Shown here piece by piece: positions 1 through 14,330 of a stretch of DNA of 64,000 bases. Positions within the stretch are counted from its first letter, which is position 1. Every line of letters starts with the position of its first letter. The stretch is from the human T2T-CHM13v2.0 reference genome, Homo sapiens: assembly GCF_009914755.1 (NCBI RefSeq), contig NC_060936.1. One strand, 5' to 3'. A program made the position numbers and the translations under genes. The notes under the pieces are model-generated. The model had not been told where the DNA came from, made no database searches, and worked only from the letters and a program-made list of their open reading frames with translations.

Positions 1-299
1 AACCTGGATCTTAATATCACCCCTGTCTGTCAAAGAAGAACAAAATAAAGAGATGGAGAACCATTTGATGATCCAAAAAGGGTATCAGGTAAGAAGAAAT
101 ACACATGTGATTAGAGAGATGGGGAAAGAGGGGAAATGATTTAATATTACTTGAAACCAAATTAAATAGCAACAGAAGAGTAGGATCTTGGAGATCACCT
201 GGAGAAATATGAGTGTGTTGTAACTCCTGAGGAGCATCCAAATCCAACACCATCATTACCTTGCCCCTTTTTAACTGTCCACTTTTGTATCTTTCAAAA

Positions 300-1145
300 G
301 CCATTTGAGCAACTAATTGGTATCTAAAATTTCACAGGTCTAAAATCAAATTCTTGATGTCTACTGTCACCATTTTTATTTCACATTCTCATGTTTTAAC
401 TATTTCGGTAAATAGTCATTTATTTTTACCAATCACCCAGACCAAAATATATGAAATCATCCTCGACTCTTTTTCACATGCCAGATGCAATTCATCAAAA
501 AATCCAGTATACTCTATTTTTCTAATACACCTAGCATTTAGCCATTTCTTACTGCCTGCACACTTCTACTTCTCCCTGGAGCATTGCTGTAGTTACTCAC
601 CTAGTCCTTTAACTTCTGTGTTTGCCCTGACACAGCTGTCAGAAGGATTTGTTTAAAGTATAATCCAGTTCATATTCTACTCTGCTTAAATGCATCAATT
701 AATTTTATTTTACCTCGAATTAAATCCAAAGTCCTATCAATAGCCTACATATCTTTCATGCGTCTACTCAGTTTTTTGATACCACCTGTTAGTTTTCACG
801 TCTTTCTTCCCCTGCATTGCCTTTCAGTCTGTCCTCACTGTTCCCTTGCTATTTGTCAGTTACTTCAAACAAACTTCTCAAGCTTTGCAATTGCTATTTC
901 CTTTGCTTGGAAAGATCTTCCTTAAGATATGTGCATATCTCGATCCCTCAGTTACCATAGGTGAAGTCTTAAAATTTATCCCCGTCTGACGCATTATTTA
1001 CCTGTCTATTTTTCCATCCCCCAACTCTATTGTAAATCTATTGATGCCAGGCATTTTATTTGACTGCTGTACCCCAAGACTCAGAATTATGTTAGACTTA
1101 CAGTGGGCCCTTATTTACTGTGATATTTGTAAATGACTGAATGAT
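300..1145 (+). mobile_element. L2 LINE 3' region, degenerate
   Basis: L2-like motifs (ggtatctaaaatttcacaggtctaaaatcaaattcttg; cagaccaaaa...tcatcctcgactct) ending in an L2-type tail (tatttgtaaatgactgaatga). Confidence 0.7.
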
Positions 1146-1239
1146 TTGTTCACTAGAGCAATATTTTTATTGTATTGCAATTTTTTGTTTGCAATACAAT
1201 TTTTAAAAACCTCAAAATTTTGATTCTTAAGAATAGAGC

Positions 1240-1713
1240 TTGCTTTAGTTTGCGTTATCCAAGAAGTCCTAGAAGCATATGACAAGACGGAATTAAAAGT
1301 ACATGAAAAGTATTTAGGGAAATGCCTGAGATGGATAAGGAGTGAACCAGAGCGGGTGCAGAAAGCCTTCAGACTGAACTGCATGTCTGATTCCTCCGCA
1401 GGAGACGGGAAGGAAGTAGAATCAGGTAAGAAAAATCACAGACTGCATTGTAGTTTCAAGAAAGTGTCAACTGGGCCAATGAGGAATCTTTATGACAGTG
1501 TTGCCATTTAAAGGAGCCTAGTGTCTCACAGCAGTGGGGCTGCCTTATAAGTTCATTGTACTTAGTAATTGGTGAGAGCAGCCTGGAAAACATGGAAAAC
1601 GTGACCCAGGAACAAATGTGATGGTAGATCCGGAAGGGCAGCAGCTGGGGTCATCAGTCAGTTAGCTTCCCTGCAGCAGGAGATCTTAACAGCACATTGT
1701 CATAGACGCCACA
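1240..1713 (-). mobile_element. ERVL solo LTR, LTR16A-like
   Basis: Reverse complement starts TGTGGCGTCTATGACAATGTGCTGTTAAGATCTCCTGCTGCAGGGAAGCTAACTGACTGATGACCCCAGCTGCTGC, matching the recalled LTR16A start. Confidence 0.7.
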
Positions 1714-2361
1714 GGGTCTAGTTTCTACACCTACAGATTCTACCTCACACATGACCAAATCAGAGAGCACATGAATAATAATATTGCCACTGCCAAGGAT
1801 GCTGCTCCCTGCTCTTCGCCTGTGTTATCCTATTTTCCCAGACCAATTTCAAGTCATAGAATCAAATTCCATGAAAATTTCTGCAAGCTGACCCTGTTCG
1901 TAATAGCATCTCTTTTACTAGAAATGTTAAATATATTAGCTACATTAGCTCGTATTCATTTGGCATCAACATGAATATGAATATTTAACATATGAAGGCC
2001 TTGCTCTTCCATGAAATCATAAGTTCTCTGAGAGACAATCTACTTGTTATACTTCTAGACTTATTAAATATATAACAATAACACATATTTGTAGTAGTTG
2101 CTTAATAAATATTTCATCAAATATGAATAGGGAGTCCCTAGTCAGTACACAGTCTCAAGAAAAGGTGTGAGATATAGTTATACCTGAAGAATTAATGATA
2201 TGAAGCACGTTTTTCCTGTAAGGTAAACAACAATAACAAGAGCCAAAAACATAAATTTTCTAAGGGGAAAGCCTCCACTTTCCTGAATGCAGTTTTCACT
2301 TATGATGTAAATGATTAATGCATAGTAACAAAATTCTTCATAAGCGATATTTTCTTCCTGA

Positions 2362-2745
<384 letters not shown>

Positions 2746-4959
2746 TACCAAATATATTTTTAAAAACTTGCATGATATATGATAAAGAAAAATTAAGTAC
2801 TAAATATTAATAATGCTTAAAAATAGATTCATTAATGGAGACATTTTAATTAACTTACAAAAATTATGACAATTTATAAACTTAATACAAGGCCACCTTT
2901 TTAAAATATATCGTTAACCTTGAAATTAAAATTGTTGGACAATGTTTGTATGTGTAAATATGTGCATTGTGTGTCCTTAGAATTTTTTAAATCAATTTAA
3001 ATAATTTAGCATTAAGAAAATACGTTATTGGGTTGACTACATAATTTAAGTAAATCAAATAATAACCAAATTATTTCCTTCTTGTGAATTGTGTGAAACC
3101 GGTATAATAGAACCATCAATATAAATGTGAAATTTCATTTGCTTGACAAATTATCATAATGGAAAAAACAATTTACACTATTGCATGATTTGTAGGTAAG
3201 AAAGAGGTAGTAGGCAGGATAAATTTCCCTTTGTAACAACATTTAGAAGTCAATAGTTAACACTCCCAATATTGAGCAAAATTACTGTTTAAAGATTCTG
3301 AGAAAGAGGCTTAACTCTTCCATGCTAGTTTTTCCAAAAGAACTTGAAAGATCACCAGTCAGGTGTTCAATTAGTAGATTGAGTGCCATCTACTAAATTT
3401 CTATGTTGAATGCAAATCTTCATCAGGAGGAATTATAAAAACGTGTGTTTTGTGGTGTGACCTGTTATTAGCAAGATAGAAGTACCCACATTCCTAGAGA
3501 TGCAAAATGTGATATGAATTTCCTGCTTAAAATAAGCATTGTCATAGTGAATTGTTGAACACGAGGAAGCTATTATTTGAGGCTGTTTTCTCCATCGCAT
3601 ATCTGTGTAGCTGTCTGACTTCTTTGAAGGAAAGAATTGTTAAAAATCTAACACAAGACACTAATAACTTTATTGACTTCTATCTCTTGAATCTTACTTT
3701 TCTTCAAAATGTCATTGAGAAGATTAAGAAAAGAAAACTTACCATTCATAGATTTATAATTTCTTGAGTGTTTGTTATTCTATTTTCCTGATTTATAATA
3801 ATCATCTGGTTACACTGGTCTTCAAAATCTTTTTTGACATTGTTCAACTGATCACTTATACTTTGCTTGGAAAGCCTGACTGGCATGTATCAGTGTCATA
3901 CACGATATCAAATGACATTTTCAGCAATTTCATGTTTGTCTTGGATCTTCAATATAGACTAGTGTACATATACAAAGACACTCAATGTTGTAAGATATCC
4001 ATAATTTAATACTATCAGTGTGCAAGCAAAATATACTTTATTTTGTTCCTATAATATGTCATCCTTTTTACTAAGTCTCAGTCATAATAATTACAGAATA
4101 ATTTTTTTTTTTGCTTTTGTGGCTTATTTACTTGTCATTTATTATAAAATTCAATGTAGTATTATATAGAGAAAATCATATAATTCACTATGAAACATGT
4201 AAAGTGATCATTTACAATGACTGAAATAAATTCCAGACCCCTGAGAAATATTTTAAAACTTCATACCTCCTTTGCCTAAGAACTGATAAAGTGGTTGAGA
4301 ATTAAAGTGTAGGGTTCTGGATTATATTTATATGCAAAGCATTTCTACATGAAAGATCTTTTAATCTAAATATTTCATTTGTTTTATATTAGAAGAAATT
4401 CAAGTTGATGATTTTAAATTGTTAGTTCTGAAGTTCCTTGCTAAAAAGATCTCTCATACAGTTCTGAACATTTTTTTCCTGTAACTATATTAAAATCTGT
4501 GTCTTTATATTGGTAAAATCAAGATTATAAATATATTTTACAGTCATTTTTATATCAAAGGATAATAGGTGTGTTCCATATTCCTTTATTTCTTAAAATT
4601 TGTAGTAGATTTTTCAGTTTCCAGAGATTATTCTAACTCACATACATCATCTATATTTTCTTTCATCCTAACGATAATCCAAAGAATTAAAATTCTGACT
4701 TCTTTTTACAAATGATAGAACTGAGGTACGGAATGTGCACACAGCTGCTTTGTGAGAAATCTTCCAAATAAACCATGTAGTCTGACTGCAGGACCAACAT
4801 TCAGAGGCTGCTTTTATAAGTGTTATTTGGTTAATTTTTGTGTTTTTCTAACAAAGAAAATAACATGTGATCATGTTAGAGTTCAAATCTTGTTAGTTTC
4901 ACGCTCCGTCAATAATCAGTCCTATTCTTTAAAAGTGATTGTCTTTTTAAAATATTCTT

Positions 4960-5267
<308 letters not shown>

Positions 5268-5747
5268 CTTTTTAAAATATTCTTATTGCCATTGTCTTAT
5301 GTAAACATCTTAAGCCAACATCTTTGATCTGGATTTTGTCAAAAGCCTCTTCTAATTTCTCTTCCTCCCCATTTATTGTCGCTTTCCAAATTGTCCCCTA
5401 TGTGATACTAGAGTAGTCTTTGTAAAATATAAAATTCATTACGTCATTCCCTGACTTAGAATACCCACTGCTTTCAATGCCAAGTTTCATTTTCTTAGAC
5501 TGCTGTAGGAGACCTCACTTCGTCTTGTCCCTGACTACCTCTCATATCTCAGCCCTCCTGACTGAGTGGACCCCACATTCACTATACAGGACAATGAACA
5601 GTTCTCAGATTTACAGCAGTCTGTCTCTTTATTCCAGTGCTTTTTCACATCATTTTTATGTCATTCACTCTTTTCTCTTGCTACCTAGCACCTGCTCATC
5701 AATGATAGCACCACCATGTCACTTATGTCATCATTTTGTAATTGTTT

Positions 5748-5983
5748 ACTAATTTATCCATCACTCTACCTATATTTGAGTTCCCCAGAATGGAATCTAC
5801 CCTTCATTTCTGAAACTCTAGTAGCAAATATTTATAATAATCATGTGTTAAGCCATTTATCCATCACTCTACCATCACTAATTTATCCATCACTCCACCT
5901 ATATTGTGAGTTCCCCAGAATGGAATCTACCCTTCATTTCTGAAACCCTAGTCACAAATATTTATAATAATCATGTGTTAAGC
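5748..5983. repeat. ~106-bp direct duplication with a self-templated 23-bp spacer
   Basis: 5748-5853 and 5877-5983 are near-identical (period ~130); the spacer repeats the start of the unit. Confidence 0.95.
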
Positions 5984-6645
5984 ATTGTTTAAAGAAATTC
6001 TCTGGTACACATAAATAACCCTTTCAATGGGAAATCTTACTCAGGTATTTGTATGGAATAAAGCGGCCTGTAAAACACACACATAGAGATTACTATTAGA
6101 GGTAAGTAATTCCCTTGGGTCCTGGTAATCTAGAACTTGAAGCCAACAATTTTCCTCATATACCTACTCATATACCTAATTCCTGCTCACTTAACCCATT
6201 GTGGTCCTCATAATTTCAGTGTATATTATTTGCATGTAATCAGCATATAACAAGAAATGTTTCTCAAAGCATCTGTGGCTGTGAGCTAAAATAGATGGAA
6301 ATCTACAGCTTATTTAAATTGCACTTACATCTAAAGCACTATGATCAATTTCAAAATTCAGTTTTCTAAATATTAGCTTAATAAGAATAGTGTTTTCTTG
6401 AAATAATTAATAGATAACACTCAAGTCATAATAAAATAATGAGGCAGAACTATGCACATTGGTTTATAGACTTTTGAACTACATTTTTCATGTATTCCTT
6501 TTTACCCTTATCATTCATGTAGTGGATTATCTGACTTCAACAGGGCTTCTTATTTCTCTCTTCCTTACCAACTTTTCTTTTCTTTTTTTGTTTTTTTGGT
6601 GCCTACCTCTGGCTTACTTTTTTCTTATGTTTATGATAACCAGAT

Positions 6646-8770
6646 AACTTTTATTATTTTATTTTATTACATTTTACTTTATTTAGTCAATAGATTTTAG
6701 GAAACAGGTGGTTTTGGTTACATGCATACGTTCTTTAGTGGGGATTTCTGGTGCACCCATACCCCAGGCAGTGTACACTGTACCCAGTATGTAGTCTTTT
6801 ATCCCTCATCCCCCCTCCCACCCTTTTCCCAGAGTCCCCAAAGTCCATTATATCATTCTTATGCCTTTGGTTCCTCATAGCTTATTTCCTACTTGTATGT
6901 GAGAACATACAATATTTGATTTTCCATTACTGAGTTACTTCACTTAGAATGATGGTCTCTAATTCCATCCAGTTTGCTGTGAATACTAGTATTTGTTTCC
7001 TTTTTATGGCTGAGTAGTGTTTCATGGTGTATATGTACCACATTTTTTAATCCCCTTTTGGTTGATGGACATGTTGATGGGCATTTAGGCTTCATTTTTG
7101 CAACTGTGAATCGTGCTGCTAAAAACATGTGTGTGTAAGTGTCTTTTTCATATAATGACTTCTTTTCCTTTGGGTAGATACCCAGTAAGTAGGATTGTTG
7201 GATGGAATAGTCGTTCTGCTTTTAGTTCTTTACAGAATCTCCAAACTGTTTTCCACAGTGGTTGTACTACTTTACATTCCCACCAGCAGTGTAAAAGTGT
7301 TTGCTTTTCACCTCATGCATGGCAATATCTATTTTTCTTAATTATGGCCATTCTTGTAGAATGGCAGTAAGGTGGTACCACATTGTGGTTTTAATTTGCA
7401 TTTCCCTGGTGATTAGTGATGTTGAGCATTTATTCATATGCTTGTTGGACATTTATATATCTTCTTTTGAGAATTGTATATTCATGTCCTTTGACCACTT
7501 TTTTTTTATCAGATTATTTGTTTTTTTCTTGCTGATTTGTTTGAGTTTCTTGTAGATTCTGGATACTAGTCCTTTGTCAGATGCATAGTTTGTGAATACT
7601 TTCTCCCTCTCTGTGGGTTGTCTGTGTTTTCTGATTATTTCTTTTGCTGTGCATAAAGTTTTTAGTTTAATTAGAACCCATATATTTATTTTTGTTTTTG
7701 TTGCATTGGTTTTTGGGTTCTTGGTGATGAACTCTGTTTAAGCCAGTGTCTAGAAGAGTTTTTCCAATGTTATCATCTAGAATTCTCATGGTCTCAGGTC
7801 TTAGATTTGAGTCATTTATCCATCTTGCATGGATTTTTCTATAAGAGATAGAGATCTAGTTTTATTCATCCACACGTGCTTGCCAATTATCAGCATTGTT
7901 TGTTGAATAAGGTTTCCTTTCCCCACTTTATGTTTTTGTTTGCTTTGCAGAAGATGAGTTGGCTGTAAGTATTTGACTTTATTTCTGGGTTCTGTATTTT
8001 GTTTCATTGGTCTACATGCCTATTTTTATACCAATACCATGCTGTTTTGGTAACTATAGCCTTATAGTATAGTTTATAGTTGGGTAATGTGATACCTCCA
8101 GATTTGTTCTTTTTGCTTAGTCTTGCTTTGGCTATGCAGGCTCTGTTTTTGGTTCCATAGCTTGTAGTATACTTTGAAGTTGGGTAATGTGATACCTCCA
8201 GATTTGTTCTTTTTGCTTAGTCTTGCTTTGGCTATACAGGCTCTGTTTCTGGTTCCATATGAATTTTAGGATTGTTTATTCTAGTTCTGTGAATGATGAT
8301 GGTATTTTGGTGGGGATTTCATTGTAGATGGCTTTTGGCAGCATGGTCATTTTCACAATATTAATGTTACCCATCCATGAGCATGGGATGTGTTTCCATT
8401 CGTTTGTGTCAACAATGATTTCTTTCAGCAATGTTTTGTAGTTTTCCTTGTAGAGACCTTTCACCTCCTTGGTTAGGTATATTCATAAGTATTTTATTTT
8501 ATTTTATTTTATTTTTGCAGCTCTTGTAAGAGGAATTGAGTTCTTGATTTGATTCTAAGTTTCGTCATTGTTGGTGTGTAGCAGTGATACTGATTTGTGT
8601 ACATTGATAATCTGAAACTTTACTGAATTATTTATCCAATCTAGGGGCTTCTTGGGTGAGTCTTTAGGGTTTTCTAGGTATACAATCATATCATCAGGGA
8701 ACAATGACAGTTGGACTTCGTTTTTACCAATTTGGATGCCCTTGATTTCTTTCTCATTTGATTGCTCTTT
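6646..8770 (-). mobile_element. L1PB-type LINE-1 (3' UTR plus distal ORF2), 5'-truncated
   Basis: L1PB 3' UTR motif (ttttggttacatg...ttctttagtgg...gcaccca) and ORF2 remnants ([13 protein letters not shown]; [28 protein letters not shown]). Confidence 0.9.
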
Positions 8771-9009
8771 CTTTCCCCCCTGTATTATACACATTATTTC
8801 TACAATCCAGGTATCCTGGTTTTATTATTTATTTATTTATTATTTCATTCCACAGAATAAACAATTTTAAGCAAGATATAATGAAAGGCCTCATTGAAAA
8901 GAAGAGATTTTTAACATTATATATAGGTTTTATTTTACTGTTTTGTGTATGTGTTAACAATTACTTTGTATCTTATTTGCATATTATTTTCTTTCTTTAA
9001 ATCTCCATT

Positions 9010-9720
9010 TGCAAATGTTGCTGATGACCCTGCTTCATACACACACAAAAGAAGTAATTTGAAGAGGGAACTTCTACAACTCTTGTGACCACATCTGCCC
9101 ACTTCCCTGTATCTTGCTAACCTGCTCTATTCTTTACTATCGGTGAGTTATCTGTGCATTCCTTATGCAGCTTCAGGGAGAACACATTCTCATATTTGTG
9201 CCTCTACCTCATTGGCTGCTCCTTTCTCCTCTCTTTTATTGATCTGCTTCATATCCAGAGTGCCTCATATCTCAGTCTTCAGATTGCCTCTATCCTTCTA
9301 ATACTTACCTCCAAGGAGATTTTATCTGGACTGGTGGCTTTAAATACCACTTATAGATTGATGAAACCCAAGTTTATGTTTCTTGTATGAAACTCTCACC
9401 TCAACTTGAGATTTGTTTATCTAAAACTTAATTCATTATTTTATTCCTCAAATCTATTCCATTTGTTTATTTCTTAAATTTGGTAAATGGCAACTTTATT
9501 GTTTCAGTTGCTCAGGCCAGTATTATTGGAGTTGTTTTTCTCTCTCTCAGTCAATAACCACATGAAATCTTTCCACAAAGCCCATTGGCTCTACATTCAA
9601 AATATGTTTAAAATCAGACCACTTATTAGTACTTCTGTTCTTATCTCCCTGCCTAAACCACCATCTGCTTTTGCGTGAATTACTAGAGTAAACCCCTGAA
9701 TCACCTCCCTTCTTTTGCTC
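9010..9720 (+). mobile_element. L2 fragments
   Basis: L2-like motifs (ggctttaaataccacttataga; cagttgctcaggcc...ggagtt; ggctctacattcaaaatat). Confidence 0.65.
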
Positions 9721-9734
9721 ATGAGTCCTGTGTT

Positions 9735-9991
9735 TCCTCTGTTATAATTATCAAGTATTATGTACTATACATAATTGTATGACTGGAAATGCAGTAGGTT
9801 TGTTTACATGAGCATCGCCTCAGACACTTGAGCAATGTATCGCACTAAGACTTAACGACAGCTACAATGTCCGTTATGACAGGTACAATGTCACCAGGCA
9901 ATAGAAATTTTTCAGCTCCATTTTAATCTTATGAGACCACTGTCATATATATGTTCCGTTGTTGAGTGAAATGTTAGTTGACACTTGACTA
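9735..9991 (-). mobile_element. Tigger3 (TcMar) DNA transposon end
   Basis: cagtaggtttgtttaca...aatagaaatttttcagctccattttaatcttatgagaccactgtcatatat...tgactata resembles the Tigger3 terminal region; strand is tentative. Confidence 0.75.
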
Positions 9992-10540
9992 TATAGGAAT
10001 ATGTAACTGTTACAGTTTTATGTCTATTGATCTATTCTTCAAAAGGAAAAATAAAAAATACAAATGTATGAATGAAATAAATGCCATATATTTTGGTACA
10101 AATTAGAAAATGTATAAAATAATTATTGTGGCCATGGATGTATTTCCCTGCCTATCCCTTTATTTTTCTTTTCTTGACAAGAGTACCTTGTCTCCAGCAA
10201 TTACAGTTCGGGAGGAGACCCACTTAGAATTTTATCTTCTCCCTAATAAACAGTGTGCATGTTCTACGGAGCATGTCCTTTAATTCTGGATAAGAAGAGC
10301 CCTGAAGCTGTTCTTCCTCCTGTTCTTTCCTAAGTGTGGTTTTACAGTCTCCTTCAGTTTGATGAGCTATTCCACATCAATCCAATAAATTAATTTTTTC
10401 AAAATAGTAGGAATAATTTATTTTCAATACCTACTATCTAAAGTTTTCTAACTTATTAAACATTAGTTCATAAATAAATCACCTAGTAGAATATTGGCAC
10501 CCACAGTATGCTAAAAATATGTTTTAACAGAAAGGTAAGT

Positions 10541-12410
10541 TTTGCTTCTGTACAGAATGTAGCAATCTTAATAAGAATGTCATTCCCAGTGAGAAAATGT
10601 GTGTAATCTATAAAATCAGTACCTTTCTTTTTTTGGAGAGTGAAGCCATCAGATAGCAGTAGTCACAAGGCAAATAGGTAAACTAGATCCCAAATGGCCA
10701 CAAACTCCTTAGGAAATATAACTGGGTGAACCATTAGCTAAGCATGGGAGGAAGTGTTGGGAGCCATAAAAGCAGGTAAGAAGGACACAACTGAGATTAG
10801 AAAAAATTATTGAAAGCGAATGTGAGTTGGGTTGACCATTCAGAAGGCTTGAGAGCCCCAAACACATACACAACATTCCCATTTATTGGTCGGCTCTTTT
10901 AGGTAGATCTTTACAAGATTCTCATGACATAGATTGGAGTCAGGTCAAAAAACTTGAGGAAGCCCTTCTCATTGCACAGAGTCCTAAGAACTCATCTACT
11001 CATTGAACACTCATTTCATAGGGGGAAAATGCTGAATGAAAAGGTGGAATGTCCCTTGGGAAGGGGTAGAAGAAAATGTCATCTACCTATGGAAGAAGAG
11101 CAAAAATCCCCCAGTGCCAGGAATCCTGCCTTGATTCAGAACAGGGGTCTGCTACCATTGTGAAATGCATAGGAAATCTGCTCCCATCCAACACCTTCCA
11201 CTGATACAAGTCTGAGTTTGCCCATGGCAAGGAGGGCCAGGAATTCTGAGAAAGATCAAACGATGAGGCTGAGGTCCAGTGGTCTTGGTTCAGATAAAGA
11301 GTGAAGCAGGCGCAATGAGAGACCCCATTTGCCCCTATCACTTGCCTTCTACCAAACAACAGGTAATAGTTCATTGATAAGGGAAAATCAGGAGTGAAGA
11401 ATAAAACTCTTTGAGATACAGCCATGCCAAAAAAGCCAAAAACAACAACAACAAAGAACTTGAGAGTGGAGTAGATTAGAAAAACTCTTTGTATTGAAGA
11501 GCCAATACTGAGAACAAAGTCTCAGCAGTCTGTAACAAGACAAATTTCATCCCACCACTGTGAGACACTGAGGGCAAAAATAACATCAAAGTGGGCCATT
11601 ATTGACTAGGTTGATTCATCCTCACACATGGTCATTCTGATAGAGAAGATGTAGGCCTATTTCTACCTCTGTTTTTACTATTCATCAGACACAATTTCTG
11701 GTTTTCGCTGATATATCTTGAAACAACAACAAAAAAGACTCTTTGTCAAGATATATATCAGTCAGCAGAACCAGATCTAGAGATGAACAAGATGTTAGAA
11801 CTATCAGACAGGGTCTTTAAAATAGCTATGAATACTATGTTAAAGGATTTTGTGACAAAGGTGAAATGCCATATAAAGCTGGAAAACATCATTAGATATA
11901 CAAACTATAAACAAGAGTAAAAAAGAAAAGGTATAATAAAAGCACATCAGAGGTGAAGAATACTTTGGATAGGGTTATTAGAGGACAGATCACAGCAAGG
12001 AAATTATTACTGATCTTGAAAATAGATCAAAAGAAGTAACCTAAAGTGAAACACAAAAAGAAAAAAAAAAACGTTTAGAGGGACAGAGTATTCAAGAGCT
12101 TTGTGAAAATACTACAACTGTTGTAGCTAAACATGCTAATGTGCTATACATGATCTTCAAAAAGGAGAAGGAGAGGAAAACAGAATGGAGAAGAAAAAAT
12201 ATTTGAGAGAGCTCGATTCCAGGGGAGGTGAGGGAGAACATATAATGAAAGAATGAGAGCAGACTTCTCATGAAAGAAACAAAGAAAAGAGAAGAGAAAA
12301 TGAAAACACCCAAGGCGTAAGATAATGGAATAATGGAACATTAAAGTACTAAAAAATATTAATACAAAATTCTATACCAAGCCAAAACATATGCAAAAAT
12401 GGAGGCCAAC
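10541..12410 (+). mobile_element. old L1M 5' UTR plus ORF1 relic
   Basis: ORF1-type motifs (gatgttagaactatcagacagggtctttaaaatagctatg; gaaaaaatatttgagagag; aattctataccaagccaaaacat). Confidence 0.65.
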
Positions 12411-12414
12411 TTAT

Positions 12415-13360
12415 AGCTCTGGCCAAGATGGAGTAGCTCCATTTCTCTCAGTTTCTACCTCTTAAAACTATAAACCCTGGACATAACACAAAAAGAAACA
12501 CAGGAAAATTCTGAAAGTTGGAAAAGAGAAGATGAAGTGTCTAGGGACTTCAAGGATTAAGGAACAACATGTTGGTTTTCTGGATTTTTTTTTAATTTTA
12601 ATTTTTATTTATTTATTTTTTATTACTTCCTGTATATTTTGGAGAGCAGGAGAGATGACTTCAGGAACTTTTAACCTGGAACTACCAAAACACAGACAAA
12701 TTACACAATTTTAAAAAAAGAAAAAAAAACCTCCAGAAAAATTCTGTTCTGCCTAGTCAAATGACTAGGAAAAGAGCAGCCTAATAAAACAGAAAACCTC
12801 CCAGCTAATATGCGACTAATTCCAGTCAAATACCAAAAAAGAAACCACCTCTCCACACCCAGATTCAGAGGGGAATAAATAGCTTATCTTTCATCCTGTC
12901 TCTTTTACCCCACAATAGCAAAGCACTGTGATTCAGTACCCTCTCCAAGTTGTGTTCGTGGGCTGGGTAGGAAACTGATCTGCTATCCTCTGTTTGGCAA
13001 AAGTAGGAGGTGCTCAAACAATGGGATGATGTTGGAGAAACTCTGCAGGGAACTGAACTTCTATCCCCTACACGACAGTAGGAACACTTAACAAAGCCCA
13101 CACAAGACAGGCCTAGTCAGCACTTTGGTCCCCCTCAACTTTGAAGTCAACAAAACTAAAAGAGATGATGGTCCTGTGCCCCCATCTGGCATCAATGAAA
13201 CTGAGCAAGGTGATGTGAGCTGGGGCTAGTCAGTGCTCCAATTCTTTTTCCTTCCCTTTTGTGTAAGCAGGCACAACGTGGAGCTAAATTTCCACCTTAG
13301 CTGGCATCAACAAGGTGGGATGAGGTAGTGGAAGGTTGGGCTATTTCTAATTTCTTTAGA
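12415..13360 (+). mobile_element. second old L1M 5'-end fragment
   Basis: Begins ctctggccaagatggagtag, a typical L1M 5' start, followed by ccctggacataac. Confidence 0.55.
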
Positions 13361-14129
13361 AGGCAGTTGACTAAAACAAAAAATAAAACCAATGCATTGT
13401 GGGGTTTTTAAGATACAAAGAAAAAAATCTATAAAAGTAATAACATAAAGACTGGAAAAAAGAAATTTATATTACATAGTTGTAGGGTTCCAACTATATA
13501 CTATACTGTTGTATAATACATTAGAATGTTGATTCTGATAAACACAAATGTATATAATACACCCTAAATCAACCATTAAATAAAAAATGATAACACGTCA
13601 ATAAGCCAATGGTAGAAAAATGTAATACTGTTTAATTCTACTAATACAAAAGTAGCAGGAAAATAAAGAAAAACAGATGGAACAAATAGAAAACAAATAG
13701 CAAGGTGGTAGATAAAAAAATCTTACTGATAATGATATGTTATATAAACTTTCCAATTAAAAGACAGACATTTTATTGATTGAATAAAATGGAAAGATCC
13801 AACTATATTCTAACTACAAACACCTGCTTTAAATGTAAGATAGAGACAGGTTAAAGTGAAAGCATAAAGAAGGTGTATAATATAAATGTAGATTTAAATA
13901 GCTTAAAAGGCTACATTAATATTGAAGGAGACATCAGAATAAGTAATATTTCCAGAGATAAAGAGGAACATTACATATGATAGATGGGTCAAATGATCAA
14001 GAAGAGATAATTATCACTTTAAACAAAGAAAAGTCCAGGACCACCTGGAATTCTACCCACATTTAAAGAATTAATGCCAGTGTTTCTCAAACTTGTCCAA
14101 ACAATTGGAAACAGTACATATTCAAGAAG

Positions 14130-14330
14130 GAACCACAATGTTACTGTGGACTTTGGGTGATTATGATGTGTCAGTGTAATTTTACAAATTGTTACAAATG
14201 TACCACCCAGAATGCTGTTAATAATGGGAGGCTATCCGTGTTTTGGGGAAGGGAGTATATAGGAAATCTCTGACCTTCCTCTCAATTTTACTGTGAATCT
14301 GAAATTGCTCTTAAAAAAAGTCTTAAAATA
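14130..14330 (+). mobile_element. L1MC-type extreme 3' end fragment
   Basis: ggactttgggtgattatgatgtgtcagtgt...acaaatgtaccac...gaaatctctg...caattttactgtgaatctgaaattgctct. Confidence 0.75.

Noticed and set aside
3371-3396. 9-bp inverted repeat ttagtagat/atctactaa
   Set aside because: Too short and AT-rich; expected by chance in 64 kb.
5748-5983. Repeat-spacer-repeat pattern as a CRISPR-like array
   Set aside because: Only two long units, a self-derived spacer and a eukaryotic context; it is a simple duplication.
6045-6107. Plus-strand 57-nt exon-like segment with a GAG|gtaagt donor
   Set aside because: Weak acceptor, stops in all three frames, and no partner exons identified.
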